From: Trypanosoma brucei
Taxonomy: Eukaryota
Reading direction: 5' to 3'
Assembly: GCA_000002445.1 (NCBI GenBank)
Contig: CP000068.1
Coordinates: 1,344,001 to 1,408,000 of the forward strand
DNA: 64,000 bases
Shown: positions 22,996-35,353 of the stretch, in pieces
Layout: the number at the start of each line of letters is the position of its first letter
Numbering within the stretch: position 1 is the first letter of the stretch
Made by a program: the position numbers and the translations under genes
Notes under the pieces: model-generated
The model's input: the letters and a program-made list of their open reading frames with translations, nothing else
The model's database searches: none
What the model was told of the DNA's origin: nothing

Positions 22996-24159
22996 ATTTT
23001 TTATTCGTAGTTTGTTTTATAATTTCAGTTGTGCCTTGGAGTTTCGTATGAGAATTTGTGCCCAGAGGGGCTGCTGATGAATGTTTTTTTTTTTAATTTG
23101 TTTTTGTCCTTTGCTCTGCTTAAAGGAACGGGGGTATTGATGACATTTTTGCTTTTTTTTCCAAAAAAAAGGCGTAGCGGGTGTAGCGAGGACGATTCGT
23201 TGTGAAATATATTGAGAGGTTGAACTGTTGTTGTTGGTATATTTTTTTTTGTGTGGTGCGTATGCAAATGCATGACTAACATTCTCATTGACGGCGGAGT
23301 CATAACGTTATCATTGACGGAAAAAGACAGTTTAGATTTTATTATATGATATTTGTGGCCGGGAATGCTTCCAAGCCACAACAGTACAGTTCTATCTTGA
23401 CCCCCACGGTGCAATAGTGGTGTACGGCGTTATTTAAATTTGGAATTTCAACCTTATCAAATTGTGTTTTTCTTGCAACTTAATAGTTTTGGTTGCGGAA
23501 ATACGAGCAAAATACTTGTCGGGAATAAATTTGATATCCACGAAAGAATTGTCATTAAAATTGAGCGGTTCCCTTTATGGAAGCGAGTGCAATGACCGGT
23601 GTCGGAGTGGCCATAGCAGTTGAGACTTTAATGTGAATGATTATGAGTCAACAATCTGTTCCACTAGACAGTTAATGGGCAGGCAGTAAAAGCGGACACA
23701 AAAATACAGTCAATTTGTAAAAACTCCACAGGGAGGACGGCAACGGCAGAGGGTTTGAGAGGAGCCAGAGAAATGATAACTTTTGCTGCCAATGAGATAA
23801 ACTCACCATAACCTCGTGTCAATGGTGCGTTAACAAAGGGATTCGCCCCAATATCTAATCAGTGAGTTAACTTAGGTATAATATGTATGTGCAAACGCAG
23901 CCTTTGATTTTTTTTTTATCGATGTCGTCGTGTTTCTCTTCCCCTCGAAAAAAAAAGAAGGAAAGCCGACGATACCCTTCGGGAGTTAAGAGGATGGTTT
24001 GGTGTCCCTTCTGTGCGTCCAACGAGGTGCGTGCACTTTCCACCGCTAAGTTCTGCGCCTCGCTCACAACCATAAAACAAGAGTCTTTTTTTTCTTTTTG
24101 AATAATGCGCATGCAAACGATCCCGCTTTTCCCCCCTTCCCGTTGGCATTTTCCCCCAT

Positions 24160-24160
<1 letters not shown>

Positions 24161-24195
<35 letters not shown>

Positions 24196-24196
24196 G
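24161..24196. repeat. (CA)n(TA)n microsatellite
   Basis: cacacatacatatatatatatatatatatatatg. Confidence 0.9.
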
Positions 24197-24246
24197 CATA
24201 GAGCAGCCGAAAAACAGCATTTAAGCCAAGGTGCCAACTTGAGCGA

Positions 24247-25434
24247 ATGCGGCATCTTGGCTTTGCTGGCGATAAGAAACGGTCGATGAGCATAGTGGGC
24301 TTGTTTCTTTTTTTATTGGCTTGCGTGTCAGTAGTTGCAACACATGCAAATGGAAGTGTCCTCAGGAGCACGGGATCTGAGGGAAAGGTGTGGTTAGATG
24401 CACCAACTAGTCGGCGAGTCCCATTTAGGAATCCGAGAGTCATTTTTGTTGTTGTTCAGACCCGACCCTCTCCAGGTTGGTGCAGAATGTTAATGACTGC
24501 TGTTGTTACAAATGTGTCGGTAATTTCTATTGGTATGGGTGGGAATTACAGCCACACCATCCGGGCAAACTGGTTATTGAATTTCTTGGATGATGAGGTC
24601 CTCCATGATGATGATGTGTTAGTTATGTTTGATGGTGCGGATACACTTTTCACTGATGGAATCCATCGGAAACGGAAGCTTGACCACTTTATAAAAATGT
24701 CTCCCCCACTGCCTACATTCTTTAACCAAACGGCTATATACAGAGGTGATGCTTGGCCGCCCATGCTTCACACAGCAGAACCGGATTGTTATGCTCCCCA
24801 GCTGAACATCACATACAACCCGAAAAATGAGTCGCATTGGGATCGCTGTGCGAGATTTTATGCCATGGGTCTGTCGGAAGCCAAATCAATTGGTGTTGAG
24901 CGGCTGCTGGGGTTGCCACCTCCCGTGCGTGGACACCTCAACAGTGGAGGAATTGTGGGCCGGGTATGGGCATATAAAGAGGCATTTAGCGTTTTTTTGC
25001 AACTCAGGGAAGCTTCCACTGAATGGTGGTGTGATCAGTCTATTTGGGCTGCCTTATTTATTTGGAGCGTTGGTAGTGCAACGGGTGTGGATTCCAAATA
25101 CATAATACGGCGTGGAATCATTAGTCTTGACTATGACAAGAGATACTTTTACTACCCAACAGATGAATACGATACAAGTTCGGTACTTTTACATTTTACA
25201 GGGGCCCCCGACCGATGGACGTATTACTTTCCAGAATACTTTGTCCGCCTTCCGTGGTATAGGAACCTTATGGGAAACAGTACCTACAGACATAATGTCG
25301 TGGCGGCGTTACGAAATACTTCCATCATAACCTACAACTACACTCGGGAGAGGATTGTAAGGAAATATGAAGATATTTGTGATGTGGAACAGATGACTGA
25401 CCCCGAATTTTTGGTGTACCCACTGAATAAGTAA
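24247..25434 (+). CDS. Type-II membrane GT31-like glycosyltransferase / ESAG3-like protein (395 aa)
   Basis: An N-terminal signal anchor (IVGLFLFLLACVSVVA) and a DDDV motif in 'EVLHDDDVLVMFDGAD', which resembles the DxD motif of beta-1,3-glycosyltransferases. Two degenerate fragments of the same family lie within VSG cassettes at 44180-44770 and 62390-62840. Confidence 0.65.
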   Translation: MRHLGFAGDKKRSMSIVGLFLFLLACVSVVATHANGSVLRSTGSEGKVWLDAPTSRRVPFRNPRVIFVVVQTRPSPGWCRMLMTAVVTNVSVISIGMGGNYSHTIRANWLLNFLDDEVLHDDDVLVMFDGADTLFTDGIHRKRKLDHFIKMSPPLPTFFNQTAIYRGDAWPPMLHTAEPDCYAPQLNITYNPKNESHWDRCARFYAMGLSEAKSIGVERLLGLPPPVRGHLNSGGIVGRVWAYKEAFSVFLQLREASTEWWCDQSIWAALFIWSVGSATGVDSKYIIRRGIISLDYDKRYFYYPTDEYDTSSVLLHFTGAPDRWTYYFPEYFVRLPWYRNLMGNSTYRHNVVAALRNTSIITYNYTRERIVRKYEDICDVEQMTDPEFLVYPLNK

Positions 25435-28400
25435 CATACGGTGGGGTTTTCTACACGCAGCGAGTAGTGTGAGTGTGTGGGGAGGGGTTAGTTGTTGTGA
25501 AGACTATGTGTGCAGCTGCCTCACCGACACATGCCCTTATTCCAACCGTTACTATGCGAATAATCACGAATTATCCCCTTTAATGGAGTAATTTTTTTTT
25601 CCCTCCGTTTCTTATCATTTGAATAACATAATGAACCAACAGGTCCATGAGGGAAATAATATGAGGAAATTATTAGGGTGGAGAATGGAGGCCCTATCTG
25701 TAGTGAATAAAAGTGTGTCGACAACCCCTTGTGGTGTTGTGCATTTTCGCCACTAATGGAATCACTTTGTAGATGCTCGAGGTACTGATTGTACATGTAT
25801 ATTTGCTGTTGTGCGGAGCTTTTGCCTCGGAAATTAAGAAAACAGAAATGCACTATCATCCCCGTCTCATGTGATAGATGCGGAGAATGCAGTTAAAAAA
25901 GCGTGTGTTTTATTCGCATTTAATAGGTGACACAAGAGAGAGCGGCACGAGGTAAGGAATGAGGTATCGTGAAATTGGTGTGGGGATTTTCCTGTTTGGG
26001 GCCACAATTAATGAAGGGATAAATGAAGGAAAAGGTACTGATAAATATTGACGAAAACGGTGTTTGCATCATCTTCGCTATTACCGAAAGGAAATGACTC
26101 CATGGGTGCATGGGCCAATTTTGAATATTATAATGATCTGTTGCCGCAACTTTCCCTCCATTGAACCAAACTCCACCTTTTCTTTTGCGTTCTCCCATTT
26201 TTTTGGGGGGGCCCACGAAAGGAACGGTCAAACCTTACTGAATGATTTGTTATGTTTCTTTCGCTCATATATGAAGTCAGTATAGCGGAGGGAGCTTTTT
26301 CTTTTTTTCGAAAAAAAAAGGTAAGCTTCACAGATATGCCAACGGCAACTCCACAGACCATTCTGGATGTAGAATGGACAAAGGCCTTGACATAAACAAA
26401 AGCTTTTGTATAAAGGAGGGAACAAACCCCATTTTCAATTGGAAATGGTTCGTCGCTCAGAAACTTCACGTCGCATGCAGACGGTATGTTGAAATTGGAA
26501 AATGGGGAGTTTCAAGTATTCTTTGAAAATAAGGAAGTGAACTTCATTTACCTACGGAATTCATTGGTGTCTTTCAATATGCCCCAAAGCGCTGTATTTT
26601 TTACGGTCTTTTGAAGAAGCCCGAGTGATGTTTTGAAATAAATGAACGGTGCTTGAGGAAAATAAATCAGTTCTATTCCAGAAGTATGAAATGATACGGC
26701 ACAAATGGGTGACAGGCGCTGGCGCATTCAAACTCAGTTGATAGGAATTAATGTTGAGAATTGTAGAATAAGGCAGGGGAATTTTTCAATTGAGAGAAGA
26801 GTTGGATCAGATGCATTCGCATATAGGTAGATTAGAAGAGATAAACGAATCATCAATACCTGAGGTGAATCACTGGAAAACGATTGCCCATTTACAAACG
26901 TTTTCCAATGATTCAGTTGGCTTCACAGAAGGAAGTATGTAAATGGGAGGAAGGATGTACAACCCGATGCTTTTTACCAACCGTATTTGAGAGAGAAAAA
27001 ATCCATTCTCCTGGTTAGTAGAGTTTGACGCTATAGCTGTGGAAAGTTAAATTATTATGGTTCTACATTTTATGCCAAGGAAAAGAAAATACTTCAGCAG
27101 CCGAAAGGTGGGATTTGGCCACGGAAACAATGAAACTTGAGTGCCGAGAGAGTATTGGAATCCATACCCATGAATATAAAAATCCGAAACCCTTAAGTGC
27201 GTGGGTTACGGAATAGAAAGAGGGCAATTGGATGTGGTTTTAGATCCCATGAAAACAATAAATAAAGAATCGTACTCTAAATCTCTCCAGCCAACAAAGA
27301 CACTGGTAAACGACACGATCATAATAAGAAAACTTCTGAGCCACGATCCGGTTACTGTGGCGTGGGCTTCAGGGACAAATCACATTGTAAAATGCATTTG
27401 GACGCAGCCAACATGAGAACATGTGGCTCCGATACCGAGAAGGTCCTGCGATTTCTCGAGAAAGCACAAGTTAGAGTTAGAATAGGTTAGGCCCTGTCTT
27501 CTCTTTATTGTGAGTATGCAATTGGCAAAAAACAACACAACGCAGCATACAGGAACTTTATTGTTAATGGTGGCACTCGGAAGAGAGTGGTTTGTAGCAA
27601 CCGGAATAAGAAAAGATAGTATGAAGTTGTAAGGTGGCTGTGGCGACTCAAATATCGACGAACCAGCGGGCACGAATAACTGATCGCTTCTGCAGGTGCC
27701 ACTCTACAACATCGCACTGTTCTACGGAGGAGCGAAAACGGGAACAACAACAACGAGACGCTTCTGGAAAATTTATCCATAAACAGGTCTCACTACAAAA
27801 GCGAATACAACTTATTATGGAGACAATAAAGGACGCATTCTGAATGGGATACTTCTACAAGGATATTCACGATTTTAGGGTTTGGTGGCAACCACATGGA
27901 GGAGAGGGTAAGAACCTGAGGTATTTTCTGTTATCGTGTTACTGCGGAAGGGATTCCGACGGCATATAATGGGTATGGGAAATGTTGCAAGCGCATGACT
28001 ACCACATCCCTCAGTGAGCTACCAGCATTAGTGAGCGAAAAGCAAAAATCCGCTTCAGGCATGCCACTTTGCGCTTGTACCTCACACTGTCATATGAAAA
28101 AATTGAGATGTAATACTATGAGGCGAAAAGAAAAGAGCAAGAGTCACAGCAAGGGTGCAAGGTAGAGCATGTCGTATTGTGTCTGGAACGCTCAGCTAAC
28201 TCATGGTATTTACAATAACAAATCACTTGGTCACATGAAGTCCGGAACACAACTGGTGGTGGCACCTAAACTACTGCCTGAGCGCTCTCCAAAGTCCTAC
28301 ACATATAATAATATCAGTTGACCGTGCACAAATTAGAAGAGAGATGCATATGATACTGCTAAATGCCACTATGGACCACATGAGGAGGTGAACACAGAGA

Positions 28401-30080
28401 GACAGAGAAGAGAAATCAGTGATATCTTTGCAGAATCATCAATTTGTACGATGTGCGGCATTGAGCCTAAAAGTGCTTGTGGAATTACTTCAGATTATAC
28501 CGTGGTGACACACGCTAGTCAAATTGAGGTACGATTCCCCTCAGATCGATGCTACTGAAAATCATGGAGGAGACGTAAATAAGTGTAGAATTTGTACATT
28601 TACTTTGTGCGAAAAAGGGTAGGCCCCGTAATACATAGTGGACCAAAACACTGCTCTGAATCGTTGCTTGTGCTCACAGCGCAACAAAATCAAATGGGTA
28701 TGTTGGTTCAATGCGAAGCACAGTAACGTGGAACTAACGGAAAAATATAGGTTGCAATAACGGCACCACTACATGCAGTTGCGAAGTGAAATAGAGGATC
28801 GGTGGTTCCAGGTCGAGTCCAGAAGAATTCCCAGCGATGCAACAGGAGCGGAGACAGGGCGGTACGGTGCCCCCGAGACCCATTAACAACTTTAAAGGAA
28901 TGTGTGATACCGGTGAAAAGACAAGTGATGGAATACGAAGCTGCGGAACAGCGACATGCTCAACTCTCCCAGGAAATGAGAGGAATACAGTGGCGTGTTC
29001 AATACAGCGTATACGCTGTAGCTTCTTAACAGAATTGTTGGGAGAGTTAACTTCATGCGTAGGGGCCCGATGTTGCGGGAAAAAACCTACCAAGAGCAGC
29101 ATCGGCACCGGGCATCGCCAAACAGTTGCAAGATACGAAGGGATATCGCTTGGGCAAACGCTGTTGGAAAAGAGTGGAGGATTTGGTAACCGCAGTGGTG
29201 ACAGAAATGTGCATTGACAGACGAGATATCGGTTCGCTTCGAGAAGATGGAGGTCATGGACCCTTTCATAAAATGTCAAAACTCGACATTATCGTTTTGG
29301 AGCTTCACACTTATGTGTTGAGCCTATGTTTAGTGTAGTCAGGATGTGACAGAAAGTGTTATGCGGCAGCAAACTTTTCCATGGGTAAAGGTGCCCCTAA
29401 TGGAATCCACGGGATCGAGGAAACTACTCACCCTGGTGAGTGGGAAGAGAATCCGTATAATAAGCTTATGTGCCAGGTGTTGAAGAATCTCGCTGTTGCT
29501 GTTGGCTTGGAATGAGTGACGTTAAAAGATTGTTTTCAGAAGATATTCTATTTCTTGTGTACGATCAAGAAAGCCATCTCTGGCACTGGTGGTTCCCTCT
29601 CGAGAGAAGAACATAAGCGCTTGAAGAGATGCAAGTGTATTACGTAGTGTCGAATTTCCGAATTTGGTTCTGATGAAGAAGCGTAGGGGCTCTCTTAACC
29701 AAAATCCACTGGAGCTGCAATCGCCCTGAGGTATGGGACTTCTCAGAAAACCTAGCAATGCTGTCAAAAAAATGTACGAATGGATCAGGGACTATCTGGG
29801 GCATCCCTTACTGTCAAGGATTATGCTCGGTGTGTGTGCATCAACGTGTTGATGGCGAACCTCCCTCAGTTTATGATACTGAAATTAAAAGGAAATGGGA
29901 TACATGTTCGGCAAGAGTTACAGTTCCTTTTAATTTGACGCACCGAGAAGAAAAGAGATTTACAAGCTAGAAGTGTTTCTTCGTGGGTTGCGCATGCTGT
30001 TTAATTGAAAATAAAGTTGTAGGTGTATGACTTTTTTTGTTGCGTGTGATTTTTCTTGAAAGGTAATTGAAGGAAGTGCA

Positions 30081-31214
30081 ATGATAATGTGTAAAAAGTT
30101 ACTGGGATTAATTGTGGGGGTTGTTTCGATAATGATGATAACACCCGTGTCCAGCGTAGAGGAAGAAATAGTTAATGAGGGTGAATTTAAGACATTATGT
30201 GATTTTGTCAGCTTAACAGAACGAATAAACGAGTCGCTAGAGTTGATAGAAAAGTCAGGAGTAAGCGTGTCTTTTCTACAAAAAAAAGTTACAGATGTAT
30301 TGTTTGGAACGGGAATTGGGGATGTTAGTAAAATGAAATGGCAACCTCACAGGGATATGGATTGTGGCACTAACAGTGGAAACCGAGCTTTCTGGGCAGG
30401 AGAGGCCCTCGTGAAAGATATTCTTTGTTTGTGCGAAAGGACAGATGGCTTGCACTCGCCACCCGAGCATCTTTGTTATCGTGGAAACAGCAAACGACAT
30501 AACGCTGACAACTGGAAAACCCCTACGAACCGCAAAAATACATGGAATGAACTACAAAATAAGTGCAAAAAGGGAGGTATCGAAGGCGCACCAACAAGGA
30601 CTGAGCTTCAAGATATGAGAAAACAACTCGAGGCAGGTATAAAGAAACGTAACGATTCGCATCACGGTGAGTACTGCATTTACGGAGGGGACAAAACTAA
30701 GACGCTAAGAATCTGCGATGGCCACCGAACAGAAACCAACGGCATTTGCGTAATGTATCCAAGGGGAACTGATGGGGCCAATGCAAGTGGTATTGAATGG
30801 CTTAATAAGCTCGAAAGACTGGTGAAAGAAGTCGAGAAAATAACAAAGGATGAAGGTACAAGCAGGCACACAAAACCAAGTAGTGACGGAGAGCCGAGCA
30901 TGGACGCAAAACCAAACTCAAACTTAAAGCCAAGCACGGAGGGAGAACTCACCATCCGAGCGATCAGACGAACCACGAGAAAAGGGAAACCCAGATGCGC
31001 AAACAACTACCACCACAGAGACAGAGACAGGTTTAACCACGGCAAGACCACCAGAAGAACAAAAGAGTTCAACCAAAATTATTTTACAGTCTATATGGGT
31101 ATTTTTATTTTGGCTGTTTGTATAAATTGGTCCATCATTCAATTGTTTTTATTTTTAAACCTTAATAAGGAAAGTAAGACAAACGCGGGCGCAGAAGACC
31201 AGCGAACAGGATGA
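30081..31214 (+). CDS. Cysteine-rich secreted/surface ESAG-like protein (377 aa); family unassigned
   Basis: Signal peptide (LLGLIVGVVSIMMITPVSS). There are more than 14 Cys in the ectodomain. A basic Lys/Arg-rich region and a C-terminal hydrophobic segment (YMGIFILAVCINWSIIQLFLFL) with a short polar tail are present. Confidence 0.6.
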   Translation: MIMCKKLLGLIVGVVSIMMITPVSSVEEEIVNEGEFKTLCDFVSLTERINESLELIEKSGVSVSFLQKKVTDVLFGTGIGDVSKMKWQPHRDMDCGTNSGNRAFWAGEALVKDILCLCERTDGLHSPPEHLCYRGNSKRHNADNWKTPTNRKNTWNELQNKCKKGGIEGAPTRTELQDMRKQLEAGIKKRNDSHHGEYCIYGGDKTKTLRICDGHRTETNGICVMYPRGTDGANASGIEWLNKLERLVKEVEKITKDEGTSRHTKPSSDGEPSMDAKPNSNLKPSTEGELTIRAIRRTTRKGKPRCANNYHHRDRDRFNHGKTTRRTKEFNQNYFTVYMGIFILAVCINWSIIQLFLFLNLNKESKTNAGAEDQRTG

Positions 31215-32147
31215 ATGGAACAAAAAGCTTATGTTTTTCACCCATTTGTGAGGTTTTCTAGTGAATAGTTTTGACACTGTGAAAAAGTATATAACCTGCC
31301 GGAACCTACGTGTAGCAATGCAAGTTGAGCAAAGCAAAAGTGAAGAGAAACGGGAGTAAAAAAAAAAAGGACTTATTCCTTTTACAGATAAAAAAATAAG
31401 TAAAGATATTGGCATTGTTATTATGGAATCTGGAAAGACAAATATAAAGGAACCGCCTTATGTACACAAACCTTAAGCCTTACGGGCGATTACAGTTAAC
31501 TCAGTTGAATTATGAGACCGAATGGGCGAGACCTAATTATGGAAACCTGGTTGGAGCGTTTAGGAAAGGGGGGGGGCAAAAAGAGAGTTATGTATGCAGA
31601 AAGCAATCAAAAATACGGTCAAATCCAATCAAGTTTGTGTGGCGACGAAGTCACCTACAAGTGGTGAAGGAAGCGCGAACAAAAGGGTTCACGAACTTCG
31701 ATCAAGTCTCTAAATAAAACACCAAAAGAACTAAATGTGTGGTTTTTCATTTAATGAGAGGAAAGTGAAGCCACCAAAAGACATATTGTCTGAGTTGACT
31801 TTATTTGTGTAACCCTAAAGTTTGAGGTACATGAATGTTGGGAATCGTACGATACAGCTGAGGGTCGATCAAAAGGGCTGTGGGTGAAGGAAACACCTGC
31901 ACGGTGGATTAAACATTAAGTTAAAAGGCGCTGAAGGCGGCAGAAGGGACCCTCATAGTCTTTGAAAGGCTTCTTCATGGGAGGAAACAATCAGAATGAA
32001 ATGTGTTAAGTTAGTTTATGCGTATTCGCTTTAATTCCAAATCAAATAATTGTTGTTTACAATCCAACATATATATATATAGGTCGATCCCCCTTTTGTC
32101 TCTTAGTGGTATTTTGTATGATTTGTTAGTTTACGTCGGGGGGAAAA

Positions 32148-33038
32148 ATGCACCGGCTTGCAACAGTTCCGTTTTTGACGCTGATATTGCTTGTAGTATG
32201 CGGTGGATCGAAGGCTTCTGTGCAAATTTCATCCGCTTCTCCGGGGTGCGACGGATATTGGACCTACACCGGTGTCAAGAAAACGTGCTGGACTCAGAAT
32301 ATGGGAACAACCAAACGGAGCGGTGTGAGTCCGAATCCCCCTTCGGTTTCGCGGCACCGTAGCCAGCAACCATCAAGTGGAGCCGGCGTCGGTGACCAGC
32401 AGCAAGAAACGCAGGGGAGTGTTTCATCGAGTTCAACCACTTCAAGAGGAACTAACCAACTGGGTTCGGACGGTGAAGACACCTTTCCGAAAGAGGATGT
32501 AAAACAAGTTTATGGGTCAGCCGGCACTCTGAGCATGAATCCGATCGCGCAGCCGTCCGGCAGTCCCAGAGAGCCGACAGATGCAACCCCGGTGGTGGAC
32601 CGCAAAGAAGAGGGACAAGTGGATCAGAGAGGGTTGGAATCTGGATCCGCAAAACAACAAAACACGACAAACGGCAACGGGGAAGAAGAAAATGGCGGGA
32701 AAGGGAGGGGTTCAGGAGATCATGCCACAGGTCACGATCGCGGGGGTATGGCGCAGGGCGTAGTTTCGATGTCTGGGCAAGGAAGTGCGCAGAGAGTGGA
32801 AACTGTAGCGGAACAACCAGTCAAGAACAAAGAAGATGATATTCCAGGAGAGAATGTTAAAGGGCCCGGCAGCAGCCATGTAGTCTCGACACCGGAGCGG
32901 CGAAATACACTGGAGACGGTAACAGATAATGGGGATCAGCAAAAATCTGGAGAAAGCAATGCTCAAGGGGAGAACAGCGGCTCGTGTAAAGGGCGTGCGG
33001 TAATACTCCCTGTAATATTAATCCTCATGTACTCTTAA
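32148..33038 (+). CDS. Acidic, low-complexity (Ser/Gly/Gln/Glu-rich) secreted protein with a GPI-signal-like C-terminus (296 aa)
   Basis: Signal peptide (VPFLTLILLVVCGGSKA). The mature region is compositionally biased and mucin-like. It ends in a hydrophobic tail (GRAVILPVILILMYS) typical of a GPI-addition signal. Confidence 0.5.
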   Translation: MHRLATVPFLTLILLVVCGGSKASVQISSASPGCDGYWTYTGVKKTCWTQNMGTTKRSGVSPNPPSVSRHRSQQPSSGAGVGDQQQETQGSVSSSSTTSRGTNQLGSDGEDTFPKEDVKQVYGSAGTLSMNPIAQPSGSPREPTDATPVVDRKEEGQVDQRGLESGSAKQQNTTNGNGEEENGGKGRGSGDHATGHDRGGMAQGVVSMSGQGSAQRVETVAEQPVKNKEDDIPGENVKGPGSSHVVSTPERRNTLETVTDNGDQQKSGESNAQGENSGSCKGRAVILPVILILMYS

Positions 33039-35254
33039 AAATCATTACCGCAATTCCATGGAATACTGTGAAAACGTCTATTGAGATTAACACCGCATGA
33101 TGAGGAGGAAGAGTTGAAAGTTGGAAACTAGCTTGCAACTGCTTTCAATGAAGATCATGTGGATGGAACGTTGTGGAGAGACAAGATAAGAGGATCGAAT
33201 AACACTAATGTAATCATAAGTAGCGTACATGAGTAAAACCAGTAACTGGAATGGAGGAAAAGCAGAATAAAGTTGTTAGCGCAAGAAGCAAAAAATGTTC
33301 ACATTAAGAACGACACGAGGCAAGGTGAGAAACAGGCGACAACCTTAACAATATTATTATTAATTAAACAAGGAAATTTAACTTCAAAAGTATTAAGGAC
33401 ATCGTAGCATTGAATTTTTTTTTTAGGGAACGTGATAAGAGCCACTTCACACCCTGGAGTAAACTTGATACCAGAGAGACTAACGAAATCGTAGCGTCAC
33501 GTTATGGGGGGGGGGGCACTGAATACTTTGACGGCCAAACCTGATATCATATCGGTAACCCTAAGATATGCTTAACTGATGCGAATAACAGAAAACATGC
33601 ATAAAGGATATGACCGACGAATAATCAGTGAACGAGCGAATTGCACAAAATAAGGATATGTGAAGACTTTAAATCAAACGGGAGAAGATAATGAAAGCTG
33701 GAAGATATGAAGGAGAGAATTAACAAACATAACTTATTTTTTAAAAAGGCGCCCTTACATATATTTTCTGTGTTTGTTTTTTGCCGCTTTATCGTCGCAG
33801 CACATTGAATTAAATCAGGAGCGCATCCTTGCTGGAAAAAGCATTAAAAGTTCGTATACTTTTAAGGGAATAATAATAATAAACAATGCCTTAACGAAGA
33901 AACTGGCAAATACGAAGCAAAGGCTCTTTATTTTGGTTGTTAACTTCATGATGTGCGCAATTCCACAGGCGTATGTTGTTATTGCGGATCTGGAAACTGA
34001 TATTTATCCTCTCTGTTTTATTTTTCCATATTGAGTTTTGAATTTTTTTAACCATTTATTGTCTTCATTATGCGCTGTTGTACTGTTTCGTAACTTTGGT
34101 AATGAGTTGAATATGAAGAGCAACTACATTACTTTAACCAAGTTCTCAATATGAGCAATCGGAGTTTTCCGTAAGGTAGCGTCGCACGACTCAGTGGCAT
34201 GTTGCGCCATTTTCTTCCGAGTCAGAGAACAACAACGAGACTGGTCGATGGAGTTTAAATAGATTGGATGACACATGATAGTGCTGTGCGCACAGGACAC
34301 AGGTGATTCAATAAAATTGAAGCTTATTGAGTGCGTGGGAACAGACAGAGAAGCATTAAGGACATTCCGCTTGGGATTGTTGCAGGCGAGGATGAGTTAC
34401 GGAACAGGGGCATGGTTGCTCTTAACCTTCGTAGGTGATTAGGAAACGACAAGTGTGAAGTCAACAAAACGGCTTCGTGGCAGAAGTGGTGACTCAAGAA
34501 AGCGGCAAAAATGCTGTGGAGACGCGGTTGAGCACATTTGCCACTATAGCTAACATGTGTGCAATAAAATGCTATCTGACGCTCAGTCAAAGGTCGGACA
34601 TCCAGTAGACCAACCGACAAATTGAACCTTCCAAGCGCATTTTACACATCACTGGTTGAAGAATTAGCGTACTTGGACCTCAAACATGGATGCGCGTTAC
34701 ATGTTGATGGCGCCAAAAAATCCACAGTCAGCGGCGGGGAACAAAGTAAGGACCTCTCTAACCGCGTTTGGCGGAAAACCAATACGTTGCACAAAGGGGA
34801 AAAGTACACAATGAGAACCGTTGCGAGCTACGGCGCTTTGTGCCGTGATATCCAAACCTAGTGTCAACAGGGTGGGTTTATCATAGTGACCTTTATTGTT
34901 GGTCACCCGCCTCCGCAGTTGCTGCCATGGTATCTGGCTCCACCCTTTTCCACTCTCGTTTCAACGGAACTTATGGAATCTGCGGTTCGCTGCTTCTCTG
35001 CACGTCTCACTGACACCTTGGTTAACACCAGTAATTCCATCCTTTAATAAATGCACATTTGAATATATACACATTTCCCCCTTTCATGATAGGCGTGCGG
35101 ACACTCCTCAGCGAGCGTTAGAACTTGACTTGTATGTTGGTGCATTATTCCTGGTTTGACCTGTGCCCATGAAATCATCTTTGCCTTGTATTTGATGGCT
35201 GTTGTCTACTGAGTAGGTGAGGCATGCGTGTCGGGTGCGTGTGCGAAACCAAAG

Positions 35255-35353
35255 CACAAGAAACATGCAGCACATTTAATGCCCCCAGTTTATGCATGCC
35301 CCATGCATGGCGGGGAGCCAGTGGCGTTAAATGTGCTGCATGTTTCTTGTGCT
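35255..35353. repeat. Perfect ~28-30 bp inverted repeat (hairpin/cruciform) with a ~47 bp, itself partly palindromic, spacer
   Basis: 'aaagcacaagaaacatgcagcacatttaa' ... 'ttaaatgtgctgcatgtttcttgtgcttt'. The spacer contains cccc...atgcatgccccatgcatgg...gggg. Confidence 0.85.

Noticed and set aside
28734-29279. 181-aa '-' ORF and a 126-aa '+' ORF in the ORF-poor tract
   Set aside because: There are no signal, TM or domain features and the composition is biased. The '-' ORF runs against the local gene orientation. I treat both as chance ORFs pending expression data.
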